Positions 1 through 9,355 of a stretch of DNA of 32,000 nucleotides are shown piece by piece (the first letter of the stretch is position 1; each line of letters begins with the position of its first letter). A program made the position numbers and the translations under genes. The stretch spans positions 1,057,436 to 1,089,435 of the forward strand of contig NC_003902.1 in NCBI RefSeq assembly GCF_000007145.1. Reading direction: 5' to 3'. The DNA comes from Xanthomonas campestris pv. campestris str. ATCC 33913. GTDB lineage: Bacteria; Pseudomonadota; Gammaproteobacteria; Xanthomonadales; Xanthomonadaceae. Below the pieces are notes generated by a model. That model worked only from the letters and a program-made list of their open reading frames with translations, made no database searches and was not told the DNA's origin.

Positions 1-32
1 GTCAGTCCATCGACGTAACGGCCAAGGCCTGA
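1..32 (+). CDS. rplW: 50S ribosomal protein L23, 3' end (partial, runs off window start)
   Basis: Reading from nt 3 gives QSIDVTAKA then TGA at 30-32, 10 nt upstream of rplB. Position fits the conserved order rplW-rplB. C-terminus recognised from memory only. Confidence 0.6.
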
Positions 33-42
33 GGTCCAACCC

Positions 43-870
43 ATGCCATTGATGAAGTTCAAACCCACCTCTCCCGGCCGTCGTTCCGCCGTGCGCGTGG
101 TTACTCCCGATCTGCACAAGGGCGCGCCGCATGCGGCACTGCTCGACTCGCAGAGCAAGTCCGGTGGTCGTAACCACCATGGCCGCATCACCGTGCGTCA
201 CGTCGGTGGTGGCCACAAGCAGCACTACCGCATCATCGACTTCAAGCGCAACAAGGAAGGCATTCCGGCGCGTGTGGAGCGGATTGAATACGATCCGAAC
301 CGTACCGCTCATATCGCCCTGCTGTGCTATGTCGACGGCGAGCGCCGCTACATCATCGCCCCCAAGGGCCTGAAGGCGGGTGACCAGGTCATCGCCGGTG
401 CCAACGCACCGATCAAGACCGGTAACGCGCTGCCGCTGCGCAACATCCCGGTCGGTACGACGGTCCACGGTATCGAGCTGAAGCCGGGTAAGGGCGCTCA
501 GATCGCACGTGCAGCCGGTGCAGCCGTCCAGCTGGTCGCTCGCGAAGGCATCTATGCCACGCTGCGTCTGCGCTCGGGCGAAATGCGCAAGGTGCCGGTC
601 GAGTGCCGCGCCACCATCGGCGAAGTCGGCAACGACGAGCACAACCTCGAGAAGCTGGGCAAGGCCGGCGCCAAGCGTCGGCGCGGTGTTCGCCCGACCG
701 TTCGCGGTGCGGCCATGAACGCGAACGATCACCCGCACGGTGGTGGTGAGGCCAAGGCTGGCCAGGGTAATCCGCATCCGGTCACCCCGTGGGGTGTTCC
801 GACCAAGGGTTACAAGACGCGCAAGAACAAGCGCACCCAGCAATTCATCGTCCGCGATCGTAGGGGCTAA
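43..870 (+). CDS. rplB: 50S ribosomal protein L2
   Basis: 275-aa ORF with L2 hallmarks ([26 protein letters not shown]). S10-operon synteny. Confidence 0.98.
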
Positions 871-876
871 TCGACC

Positions 877-1146
877 ATGGCACGTTCACTTAAGAAGGGC
901 CCGTTCGTCGATCACCACCTTGCAAAGAAGGTGGAGTCCGCTGCGGGTAGCAAGAAGCCGATCAAGACCTGGTCGCGCCGTTCGATGATCCTGCCGGAAA
1001 TGGTAGGCATCACCATCGCCGTGCATAACGGTAAGAACCACATTCCGGTGCTCGTCAATGAGAATATGGTCGGCCACAAGCTCGGCGAATTTGCCGTCAC
1101 CCGGACCTTCAAGGGTCACGGTGGCGACAAGAAGTCGAGCAGGTAA
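877..1146 (+). CDS. rpsS: 30S ribosomal protein S19
   Basis: 89-aa [18 protein letters not shown]...[16 protein letters not shown]. Lies 6 nt after rplB. Confidence 0.98.
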   Translation: MARSLKKGPFVDHHLAKKVESAAGSKKPIKTWSRRSMILPEMVGITIAVHNGKNHIPVLVNENMVGHKLGEFAVTRTFKGHGGDKKSSR

Positions 1147-1158
1147 GGAGAGATGACG

Positions 1159-1494
1159 ATGGAAGCGAAAGCAATCCTGCGCACCGCGCGCATCTCCCCG
1201 CAGAAGGCCCGCCTGGTCGCTGACCAGGTGCGTGGACTGTCCGCCGAACGTGCGGTCAATCTGCTGAAGTTTTCGGACAAAAAGGCTGCACACCTGATCA
1301 AAAAGGTCGTGGAGTCGGCAATTGCCAATGCCGAAAACAATCAGGGCGCGGATGTCGACGAGCTGAAGGTCAAGACCATCATGGTTGATGAAGGTCCCTC
1401 CCTGAAGCGTTTCATGGCGCGGGCGAAAGGCCGCGGTACCCGCATCCTCAAGCGCACCAGCCACATCACTGTGGTTGTGGGCGCCGCCAAGTAA
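1159..1494 (+). CDS. rplV: 50S ribosomal protein L22
   Basis: Track ORF starts at 1153. I prefer ATG 1159 (MEAKAIL...) because GGAG at 1147-1150 lies 8 nt upstream of it. [16 protein letters not shown] is L22-like. Confidence 0.94.
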
Positions 1495-1511
1495 GCGGAA
1501 AGGAAAAGACC

Positions 1512-2246
1512 ATGGGTCATAAAGTTCATCCGACTGGAATCCGCCTCGGCATCGCCAAGGACTGGAATTCCAAGTGGTACGCAAGCAAGGCCGACTTCGC
1601 CGCTTATCTGGCAGCCGACCTGAAAGTGCGTGAAATGCTGCGCAAGAAGCTCGCGCAGGCAGGCATCAGCAAGATCTTGATCGAGCGCCCTGCCAAAACC
1701 GCCCGCGTGACGATCCACACTGCCCGTCCGGGCGTGGTGATCGGCAAGCGTGGTGAGGACATCGAAAAGCTGCGCAAGGAAGTGAGCGAGATGATGGGTG
1801 TTCCTGCCCACATCAACGTCACCGAAGTGCGCAAGCCGGAGCTGGACGCGCAGCTGGTCGCCGAGTCGATCGCGCAGCAGCTGGAGCGTCGCATCATGTT
1901 CCGCCGTGCAATGAAGCGCTCGGTCGGTAACGCGATGCGCCTGGGTGCCCTGGGCATCAAGGTCAATGTGGCTGGCCGCCTCAACGGTGCAGAAATCGCC
2001 CGTTCGGAGTGGTACCGCGAAGGCCGCGTGCCGCTGCACACGCTACGTGCCGACATCGATTACGGTTTTGCCGAGGCGTCCACGACGTACGGCATCATCG
2101 GGATCAAGGTCTGGATCTATAAGGGCGAGGTCTTTGACTTCTCCCAGGTTGGCCAGGAGAAGCAGGACGACAGCCCGCGCAACGATCGTAACGATCGCGG
2201 CGACCGTGGTGACCGTCCTTCGCGCCCGGCTCGTGAAGCGAGGTAA
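1512..2246 (+). CDS. rpsC: 30S ribosomal protein S3
   Basis: 244-aa [16 protein letters not shown]... (KH domain), with a low-complexity RND/RGD C-terminal tail. Confidence 0.98.
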
Positions 2247-2251
2247 CGGCA

Positions 2252-2665
2252 ATGTTGCAACCCAAGCGAACCAAATATCGCAAGATGCACAAGGGCCGCA
2301 ATGACGGCCTGGCATGGAGCGGAAACGCCGTCAGCTTCGGCGAATACGGCCTCAAGGCCACTGCGCACGGTCAGCTGACCGCGCGTCAGATCGAGGCCGC
2401 CCGCCGTACGATCAGCCGCCACGTCAAAAAGGGCGGCAAGATGTGGATCCGTGTGTTCCCCGACAAGCCGATCACCAAGAAGCCGATCGAAGTCCGCATG
2501 GGCTCCGGTAAGGGCAACGTGGAGTACTGGGTCGCGCAGATTCAGCCGGGCCGCATGATCTATGAAATCGAGGGTATTCCCGAGGACATCGCACGTGAGG
2601 CGTTCCGCCTTGCCGCCGCGAAGCTTTCGGTGACCACCACTTTCGTGACCCGGACGGTGCGCTGA
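2252..2665 (+). CDS. rplP: 50S ribosomal protein L16
   Basis: 137-aa [19 protein letters not shown]..., typical L16 N-terminus. Confidence 0.98.
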
Positions 2666-2850
2666 TGGATATCAAACAACTCCGCGAGAAGTCGGCTGAC
2701 GAACTGAAGGCCCACCTGACCGATCTGCGTAAGGAGCAATTCTCGCTCCGCATGCAGCAGGTCACCGGCCAGCTGCCGAAGACCCACGAAACCCGCCGGG
2801 TGCGCCGCGAGATTGCTCGCGTCAAGCACCTGCTCGGCAGCACCCAGTAA
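2665..2850 (+). CDS. rpmC: 50S ribosomal protein L29
   Basis: 61-aa ORF. Its ATG overlaps the rplP TGA by 1 nt (TGATG). [18 protein letters not shown] is L29-like. Confidence 0.95.
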
Positions 2851-2861
2851 GGATGGCCGCG

Positions 2862-3131
2862 ATGAGCGACAACAACGAAAAGCAAACGCTGCGCACGGTC
2901 GAAGGCCGTGTCGTCAGCAACAAGATGGACAAGACGGTCACCGTGTTGGTGGAGCGCCAGGTCAAGCACCCGTTGTACGGTAAGTACATCAAGCGCTCGT
3001 CCAAGCTGCACGCACACGACGCCGACAATGCCTGCAACGAAGGCGATGTCGTGCGCGTGACTGAAATTGCGCCAATGTCCAAGACCAAGAACTGGCGGGT
3101 GGTCGAAATCGTCACCCGTGCGGCCGTCTAA
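2862..3131 (+). CDS. rpsQ: 30S ribosomal protein S17
   Basis: Track ORF starts at 2853. ATG 2862 (MSDNNEK...) is preferred because TAAGGA at 2848-2853 serves as its [29 protein letters not shown] is S17-like. Confidence 0.93.
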   Translation: MSDNNEKQTLRTVEGRVVSNKMDKTVTVLVERQVKHPLYGKYIKRSSKLHAHDADNACNEGDVVRVTEIAPMSKTKNWRVVEIVTRAAV

Positions 3132-3145
3132 GGGAGATCTGAATC

Positions 3146-3514
3146 ATGATCCAGATGCAGAGCTACCTCGATGTGGCCGACAATTCGGGTGCCAAGGAAG
3201 TGATGTGCATCAAGGTGCTGGGCGGCTCTAAGCGCCGCTACGCACACATCGGTGACATCATCAAGGTGACCGTCAAGGACGCCATCCCGCGTGGCAAGGT
3301 CAAGAAGGGCGAAGTCTACGACGCCGTCGTGGTGCGTACCCGCAAGGGTGTGCGCCGTCCCGACGGTTCGCTGATCCGCTTCGACGGCAATGCCGCTGTG
3401 CTGTTGAACAACAAGCAGGAGCCGATCGGGACCCGCATCTTCGGGCCGGTGACGCGCGAGCTGCGTTCCGAGAAGTTCATGAAGATCGTCTCGCTCGCTC
3501 CCGAAGTGCTGTGA
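3146..3514 (+). CDS. rplN: 50S ribosomal protein L14
   Basis: 122-aa [30 protein letters not shown], close to E. coli L14. Confidence 0.98.
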
Positions 3515-3529
3515 GCGGAGGACATACAC

Positions 3530-3847
3530 ATGGCTAACCGTATCAAGAAGGGCGACCAGGTCGTCATCAACACCGGCAAGGACAAGGGTAAGCAGGGTGA
3601 AGTGGTGCGTGTGGAGGGCGATCGCGTGATCGTCTCCAACGCCAACGTCATCAAGCGCCATACCAAGCCGAACCCGCAGGCGGGTGTCGCCGGCGGCGTG
3701 GTCGAGCGTGAAGCGTCGATCCATATCTCCAACGTCAATATCGTCAACCCGGCAACGGGCAAGGGCGAGCGCGTTGGCTTCAAGGTGCTGGAGGATGGAC
3801 GCAAATTGCGTGTGTTCCGCTCCAGCGGTGAGGCGCTCGACGCCTGA
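3530..3847 (+). CDS. rplX: 50S ribosomal protein L24
   Basis: 105-aa ORF with [18 protein letters not shown] (KOW motif). spc-operon order. Confidence 0.97.
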
Positions 3848-3858
3848 GGAATGAGATC

Positions 3859-4401
3859 ATGAACACTCGTCTCGAAAAGTTTTACAAGGAAAACGTGGTG
3901 CCGGCCCTGATGAAGGAATTCGGCTACACCAATCCGATGGAAGTGCCGAAGCTGGTCAAGGTCACGCTCAACATGGGCGTGGGCGAAGCGGCAACCAACA
4001 AGAAGATCCTGGAAAATGCGGTCGCCGACATGTCCAAGATTTCCGGTCAAAAGCCGGTGGTCACCAAGTCGCGCGTTTCGGTCGCATCGTTCAAGATCCG
4101 CGACGGTTGGCCGATCGGCTGCAAGACCACGTTGCGTCGCGCCAAGATGTACGAGTTTCTGGACCGTCTGATCAACATCTCGTTGCCGCGCGTGCGCGAC
4201 TTCCGTGGTGTCTCGGGTCGCTCCTTTGACGGTCGTGGCAATTTCAACATGGGTGTGAAGGAGCAGATCATCTTCCCGGAAATCGACTTCGACGCCGTCG
4301 ACGCGATTCGCGGTATGGATATCGCCATCACCACCACCGCCAAGACGGATGCGGAAGCGAAGGCGCTGCTGGCAGCGTTCAAGTTCCCGTTCCGTAACTG
4401 A
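3859..4401 (+). CDS. rplE: 50S ribosomal protein L5
   Basis: 180-aa ORF, L5-like throughout ([11 protein letters not shown]..., [18 protein letters not shown]). Confidence 0.98.
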
Positions 4402-4419
4402 CCGTCGAGGACATCCGAA

Positions 4420-4725
4420 ATGGCAAAGACCTCCATGATCCACCGCGACATCAAGCGGGCAAAGCTGGCAAAGAAGTTCGCCGGCAAGCGTGATGCGCTG
4501 AAGAAGATCCTCTCCAGTCAGGATGCGTCCTACGAAGAGAAGATCGATGCGTCGACCAAGTTGCAGAAGCTGCCGCGCGATTCGTCGCCGAGCCGCCACC
4601 GCAACCGTTGCGAGCTGTCCGGTCGTCCGCGCGGTGTCTACCGCAAGTTCGGTCTTGGTCGCAACATGCTGCGCAAGGCAACCATGAACGGTGACGTTCC
4701 GGGTCTGCGCAAGGCCAGCTGGTAA
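4420..4725 (+). CDS. rpsN: 30S ribosomal protein S14
   Basis: 101-aa ORF ending ...[17 protein letters not shown], the long (non-zinc) S14 form. Confidence 0.97.
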
Positions 4726-4777
4726 TCACAATTCGGCCGCTCGCGGCCGGTTGGAACAGGTTTGTTCTGTTCAACAA

Positions 4778-4807
4778 GGGAGTCCGACGCAAGTCGGGCT
4801 CTTTTGT
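4778..4807 (+). terminator. Intrinsic-terminator-like hairpin inside the spc operon, between rpsN and rpsH
   Basis: GGGAGTCCGAC-GCAA-GTCGGGCTC followed by TTTTGT. The stem is 9-11 bp with one or more G.U pairs, a GNRA loop and a U tract, in sense orientation. Confidence 0.6.
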
Positions 4808-4930
4808 CGTATACTTCCGCTTCTGTCTTGCCCGTGAGGGTGGGGTGAAGCGTTCAAGGGTCCTGGCCCATCCCCAGGAAAACACAAGATTTTCGCGAAA
4901 GCGGATATCGGTGCACTCAAAGGTACTTAT

Positions 4931-5329
4931 ATGAGCATGACTGATCCCATCGCCGACCTGCTGGTTCGCATCAAGAATGCGGCCGCGGTTGGTAAGCAGA
5001 CGGTGAAATTGCCGTCATCCAAGATCAAGGTTGCGATCGCCCAAGTCCTGAAGGACGAGGGTTACATTACTGACCTGCGCGTGACAGCGACCGAGAACAA
5101 CAAGTCGGAGCTGGAAATCGTGCTGAAGTATTTCGAAGGCCGTCCGGTCATCGAGACCCTGAAGCGTTTCTCGCGCTCGGGTCTGCGCCAGTACCGTGGC
5201 AAGACCGAACTGCCCAAGGTCCTGGGTGGCCTGGGTATCGCCATCATCTCCACGTCGAAGGGCATCATGACCGATGCGCAGGCTCGCGAAGCCGGCGTTG
5301 GTGGTGAAGTCCTGTGCTTCGTGGCCTAA
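4931..5329 (+). CDS. rpsH: 30S ribosomal protein S8
   Basis: 132-aa [20 protein letters not shown]... SD AAAGG at 4919-4923. Confidence 0.97.
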
Positions 5330-5344
5330 GGGAAGGAATCGAAC

Positions 5345-5872
5345 ATGTCCCGTGTAGCCAAGAAGCCTGTGTCCCTTCCGAAGGGTGTTGAGCTCAACGT
5401 CCAGCCCGAGCTGATCAGCGTCAAGGGCCCGAAGGGCACCCTGACCCTGCAGAAGCCGGTCGGCGTTGAAATCGCCATCGACGGCGACGTTGCAACCCTG
5501 TCGGCCAATGATCCGTCGCAGATCGCCATCACCGGCACCGTGCGCGCGATCCTCGCCAACATGATCAAGGGCGTTTCCGAAGGTTTCGAGCGCAAGCTCG
5601 AGCTGGTGGGCGTCGGTTATCGTGCCGCCATGCAGGGCAAGGATCTGAGCCTGGCGCTCGGCTTCTCGCACCCGCTGGTGTTCGTGGCGCCGGAAGGCAT
5701 CACGCTGTCGACCCCGACCCAGACCGAAATCCTGGTCCAGGGCGCAGACAAGCAGCGCGTCGGCGAAGTCGCCGCCAAGATCCGCGGTTTCCGTCCGCCG
5801 GAGCCCTATAAGGGCAAGGGTGTGAAGTACGCCGGTGAAGTCATCATTCGCAAGGAAGCCAAGAAGGCTTAA
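5345..5872 (+). CDS. rplF: 50S ribosomal protein L6
   Basis: 175-aa [20 protein letters not shown]...[10 protein letters not shown]. Confidence 0.98.
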   Translation: MSRVAKKPVSLPKGVELNVQPELISVKGPKGTLTLQKPVGVEIAIDGDVATLSANDPSQIAITGTVRAILANMIKGVSEGFERKLELVGVGYRAAMQGKDLSLALGFSHPLVFVAPEGITLSTPTQTEILVQGADKQRVGEVAAKIRGFRPPEPYKGKGVKYAGEVIIRKEAKKA

Positions 5873-5954
5873 TGCAGGTCGTTCTGCGGGTCCGGCCATG
5901 CGTGGTCGGGTTCGTACCGAAGCCTGTTTCCTTCAGCTTTCATAGGATTAAACC

Positions 5955-6314
5955 ATGAGCATCAACAAGAACATTGCCCGTCTGCGTCGCGCGAAGTCCA
6001 CCCGTGCGCACATCCGCGAACTGGGCGTCGCCCGTCTGTCGGTGCTGCGCACCGGTCAGCACCTGTATGCGCAGGTCTTCACTGCCGACGGTTCCAAGGT
6101 GATCGCAGCCGCGAACACCCTGCAGGCCGACGTCAAGGACGGCCTGAAGAATGGCAAGAACAGCGACGCCGCCGTCAAGGTTGGCAAGCTGATCGCCGAG
6201 CGCGCCAAGGCTGCGGGTATCGAGAAGGTCGCATTCGACCGCTCGGGCTACCGCTACCACGGCCGCATCAAGGCGCTTGCCGATGCAGCCCGCGAAGGCG
6301 GCCTGCAGTTCTAA
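5955..6314 (+). CDS. rplR: 50S ribosomal protein L18
   Basis: 119-aa ORF ending ...[26 protein letters not shown]. Confidence 0.97.
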
Positions 6315-6473
6315 AGCACTGCTGTGGAGGCGGCCTCGCGTCGTCTCCACGTCCACCGCCGGCAGGGTCTGCCGGGCCGTCCCATTCTTCTGCAATGGCG
6401 CCGGGAACACTGCTGTATTCCACAACCATAAGCGGCCTCGAGCCGTACATACTTAATCACTCAAGGAATCAAG

Positions 6474-7016
6474 ATGGCAGAAGAACGTGCGCCGCGGGGT
6501 CGTGATCGCGACCGTAACCGCGAAGAGAAAGTCGACGACGGCATGATCGAGAAGCTGGTCGCGGTCAACCGCGTCAGCAAGACCGTCAAGGGCGGTCGCC
6601 AGTTCACCTTCACCGCGCTGACCGTGGTCGGCGATGGTCTGGGCAAGGTCGGTTTTGGTTACGGCAAGGCGCGCGAAGTGCCGGTCGCTATCCAGAAGTC
6701 GATGGAGCAGGCGCGCAAGAACCTGGCTACGGTTGATCTGAACAACGGCACCTTGTGGCATGCCGTCAAGTCCGGTCACGGCGCAGCCCGCGTCTACATG
6801 CAGCCGGCGTCGGAAGGTACGGGCGTCATCGCAGGCGGCGCCATGCGCGCTGTGCTGGAGGCGGTCGGCGTCAAGAACGTGCTGGCCAAGGCGGTTGGTT
6901 CGCGTAATCCGATCAACCTGGTCCGTGCAACCCTGAAGGGTCTGTCGGAAGTGCAGTCGCCGGCGCGTGTTGCGGCCAAGCGCGGCAAGAAGGTGGAGGA
7001 GCTCAACCATGGCTAA
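6474..7016 (+). CDS. rpsE: 30S ribosomal protein S5
   Basis: 180-aa ORF with a charged N-terminal extension, then [27 protein letters not shown] (S5 dsRBD). Confidence 0.97.
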
Positions 7017-7200
7017 GGACACTGGCAAGACTGTGAAGGTGCGCCTGGTGCGTGGCCTGCGTGGTACCCAGTCGCGTCACCGCCTGTCGGTGCATGCGTT
7101 GGGCCTGAATAAGATCAACGATGTGCGTGAACTCAAGGACAGCCCGCAGGTGCGTGGCCTGATCAATACGGTTCACTACCTCGTCAAGGTTGAGGACTAA
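7009..7200 (+). CDS. rpmD: 50S ribosomal protein L30
   Basis: Track ORF 6967 is over-extended. ATG 7009 ([20 protein letters not shown]...) overlaps the rpsE stop (ATGGCTAA). 63 aa. Confidence 0.93.
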
Positions 7201-7204
7201 TCCC

Positions 7205-7648
7205 ATGACTATGCATCTCAATGACCTCAAGCCCGCTGACGGCGCCCGTACCGAGCGCACGCGCGTCGGCCGCGGCATCGGCTCCGGCCTGGGCAAGACC
7301 TGCGGCCGCGGCCACAAGGGTTCGTTCGCACGTAAGGGCGGCGGCAAGATCAAGGCTGGCTTCGAAGGCGGCCAGACCCCGATGCAGCGTCGTCTGCCGA
7401 AGATCGGTTTCCGCTCCAAGATGGCGCGTGACAGCGCTGAAGTGTTGTCCTATCAGCTGGATAAGCTGGAAGCCGGTGAGATCGACTTTGCAGCGTTGCG
7501 TGCGGCCAATCTGGTACCGAGCCGCGCCAAGAAGGCGAAGATCGTGCTGAAGGGCGAGCTGAGCAAGAAGTTCGTGCTGAAGGGCGTTGCGGCAACCGCA
7601 GGTGCCAAGGCAGCAATCGAAGCTGCTGGCGGCAGCGTAGAGGAGTAA
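7205..7648 (+). CDS. rplO: 50S ribosomal protein L15
   Basis: Track ORF starts at TTG 7190. ATG 7205 is preferred because GAGGA at 7193-7197 serves as its [22 protein letters not shown] is the L15 signature. Confidence 0.93.
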   Translation: MTMHLNDLKPADGARTERTRVGRGIGSGLGKTCGRGHKGSFARKGGGKIKAGFEGGQTPMQRRLPKIGFRSKMARDSAEVLSYQLDKLEAGEIDFAALRAANLVPSRAKKAKIVLKGELSKKFVLKGVAATAGAKAAIEAAGGSVEE

Positions 7649-7655
7649 TCGGCAG

Positions 7656-9023
7656 ATGGCGCAGGCTGGCATTGGTAACCTCGGTGGCGGGCTTGGCAAG
7701 TTCACGGAACTTCGTCAGCGGCTGTTGTTCGTCCTCGGGGCATTGATCGTCTATCGCATCGGCTGCTACGTGCCGGTGCCTGGCGTGAATCCCGATGCCA
7801 TGCTTTCGTTGATGCAGGCGCAGGGTGGCGGCATCGTGGACATGTTCAACATGTTCTCGGGCGGCGCCCTGCACCGTTTCAGTATTTTTGCGTTGAACGT
7901 GATGCCGTACATTTCGGCATCGATCGTGATCCAGCTGGCCACGCACATCTTTCCCGCGCTCAAGGCGATGCAGAAAGAAGGCGAATCCGGCCGACGCAAG
8001 ATCACCCAGTATTCGCGCATCGGTGCGGTGCTTCTGGCGGTGGTGCAGGGCGGCAGTATCGCGCTGGCACTGCAGAATCAGACCGCGCCGGGTGGCGCTC
8101 CGGTGGTATACGCGCCGGGCATGGGCTTTGTGCTGACTGCAGTAATTGCACTGACTGCCGGCACCATCTTCCTGATGTGGGTGGGCGAGCAGGTGACTGA
8201 GCGCGGCATCGGTAACGGTGTGTCGTTGATCATCTTTGCCGGCATCGTCGCAGGGCTTCCGTCGGGCGCAATCCAGACTGTCGAAGCATTCCGCGAAGGC
8301 AATCTGAGCTTCATCTCGTTGCTGCTGATCGTCATCACCATCCTGGCGTTTACGCTGTTTGTGGTGTTCGTCGAGCGTGGTCAGCGGCGCATTACGGTGA
8401 ACTATGCGCGTCGCCAGGGTGGTCGTAACGCGTACATGAATCAGACTTCGTTCCTGCCGCTCAAGCTCAACATGGCCGGCGTGATTCCGCCGATCTTCGC
8501 ATCCAGCATCCTGGCGTTCCCCGCCACGCTGTCGATGTGGTCGGGTCAGGCTGCCTCCGGCAGTGGCGTGGGTTCGTGGCTGCAGCGCGTTGCCAATGCC
8601 CTGGGCCCTGGCGAGCCGGTGCATATGCTGGTGTTTGCGGCGCTGATTATTGGTTTCGCATTCTTCTATACCGCGCTGGTCTTCAACTCGCAGGAAACCG
8701 CCGACAACCTCAAGAAGTCGGGTGCGTTGATTCCGGGTATCCGGCCGGGCAAGGCCACTGCCGACTATGTCGACGGCGTGCTGACCCGCTTGACTGCTGC
8801 CGGTTCGCTGTACCTGGTGATCGTCTGCCTGCTGCCGGAAATCATGCGCACGCAGCTCGGCACCTCGTTCCACTTCGGTGGCACCTCGCTGTTGATTGCG
8901 GTGGTGGTGGTGATGGACTTCATTGCGCAGATCCAGGCGCATCTGATGTCGCACCAGTATGAGAGCCTGCTGAAGAAGGCCAACCTCAAGGGCGGCTCGC
9001 GCGGCGGTCTGGCGCGCGGTTAA
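7656..9023 (+). CDS. secY: Preprotein translocase subunit SecY
   Basis: 455-aa polytopic membrane ORF, SecY-like throughout, at the conserved position after rplO. Confidence 0.98.
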   Translation: MAQAGIGNLGGGLGKFTELRQRLLFVLGALIVYRIGCYVPVPGVNPDAMLSLMQAQGGGIVDMFNMFSGGALHRFSIFALNVMPYISASIVIQLATHIFPALKAMQKEGESGRRKITQYSRIGAVLLAVVQGGSIALALQNQTAPGGAPVVYAPGMGFVLTAVIALTAGTIFLMWVGEQVTERGIGNGVSLIIFAGIVAGLPSGAIQTVEAFREGNLSFISLLLIVITILAFTLFVVFVERGQRRITVNYARRQGGRNAYMNQTSFLPLKLNMAGVIPPIFASSILAFPATLSMWSGQAASGSGVGSWLQRVANALGPGEPVHMLVFAALIIGFAFFYTALVFNSQETADNLKKSGALIPGIRPGKATADYVDGVLTRLTAAGSLYLVIVCLLPEIMRTQLGTSFHFGGTSLLIAVVVVMDFIAQIQAHLMSHQYESLLKKANLKGGSRGGLARG

Positions 9024-9087
9024 GTGGTACACTAGTTCTTCATTACGTGAAGACGGCCTGGTTCCCGGGCCACGATCTTCCGATCAG

Positions 9088-9119
9088 AAGGGCGGCTCGC
9101 GCGACGTCTCGCGCGCGGG
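9088..9119 (+). repeat. Diverged copy of the secY 3' terminus (direct repeat of 8988-9019)
   Basis: AAGGGCGGCTCGCGCG is identical at 8988-9003 and 9088-9103, offset exactly 100 bp. The next ~16 nt are similar allowing one indel. Confidence 0.8.
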
Positions 9120-9248
9120 TGTGACGGGGTGGTCCTGTGCGGGAGTAGCACAGGCGATTCGGAGCAGTTTTCTGGATCAACACCGTCCGGCGCCGGAGCG
9201 AGGGCACACTCCCCACGCCGGGTCCATGGAACTTTTGGTTCCACGGGC

Positions 9249-9277
9249 TTCAAAGCAATCCGAGGCCTTGCTACAAT
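9249..9277 (+). promoter_or_regulatory. Candidate sigma70 promoter for the alpha operon (rpsM-rpsK-rpsD-rpoA)
   Basis: TTCAAA (9249-9254), a 17-nt spacer, then TACAAT (9272-9277), about 79 nt upstream of the rpsM ATG. Matches to consensus: 4/6 and 5/6. Confidence 0.5.
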
Positions 9278-9355
9278 TCCCAGTTCACTTTTGATCCATC
9301 CTGCCGGATGGCGCTTGGGCGCTGTCGGGCCATCACTCAGTTGGAGAATCGCGTC

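Noticed and set aside
3316-4599. 427-aa minus-strand ORF spanning rplN-rpsN on the opposite strand
   Set aside because: It crosses four r-protein genes in antisense, so it cannot be a real gene. It is a high-GC artefact.
7350-9032. 560-aa ORF on the minus strand, antisense to secY
   Set aside because: It fully overlaps the unmistakable secY gene. The translation is low-complexity (R/A/H/Q-rich) with no family resemblance. It is a typical shadow ORF caused by stop-codon scarcity in high-GC DNA.
9226-9294. 22-codon ATG ORF in the secY-rpsM gap, as a possible degenerate rpmJ
   Set aside because: The translation [22 protein letters not shown] has no similarity to L36 (basic, Cys/His zinc-binding, 37-38 aa), there is no SD, and it overlaps the candidate alpha-operon promoter.
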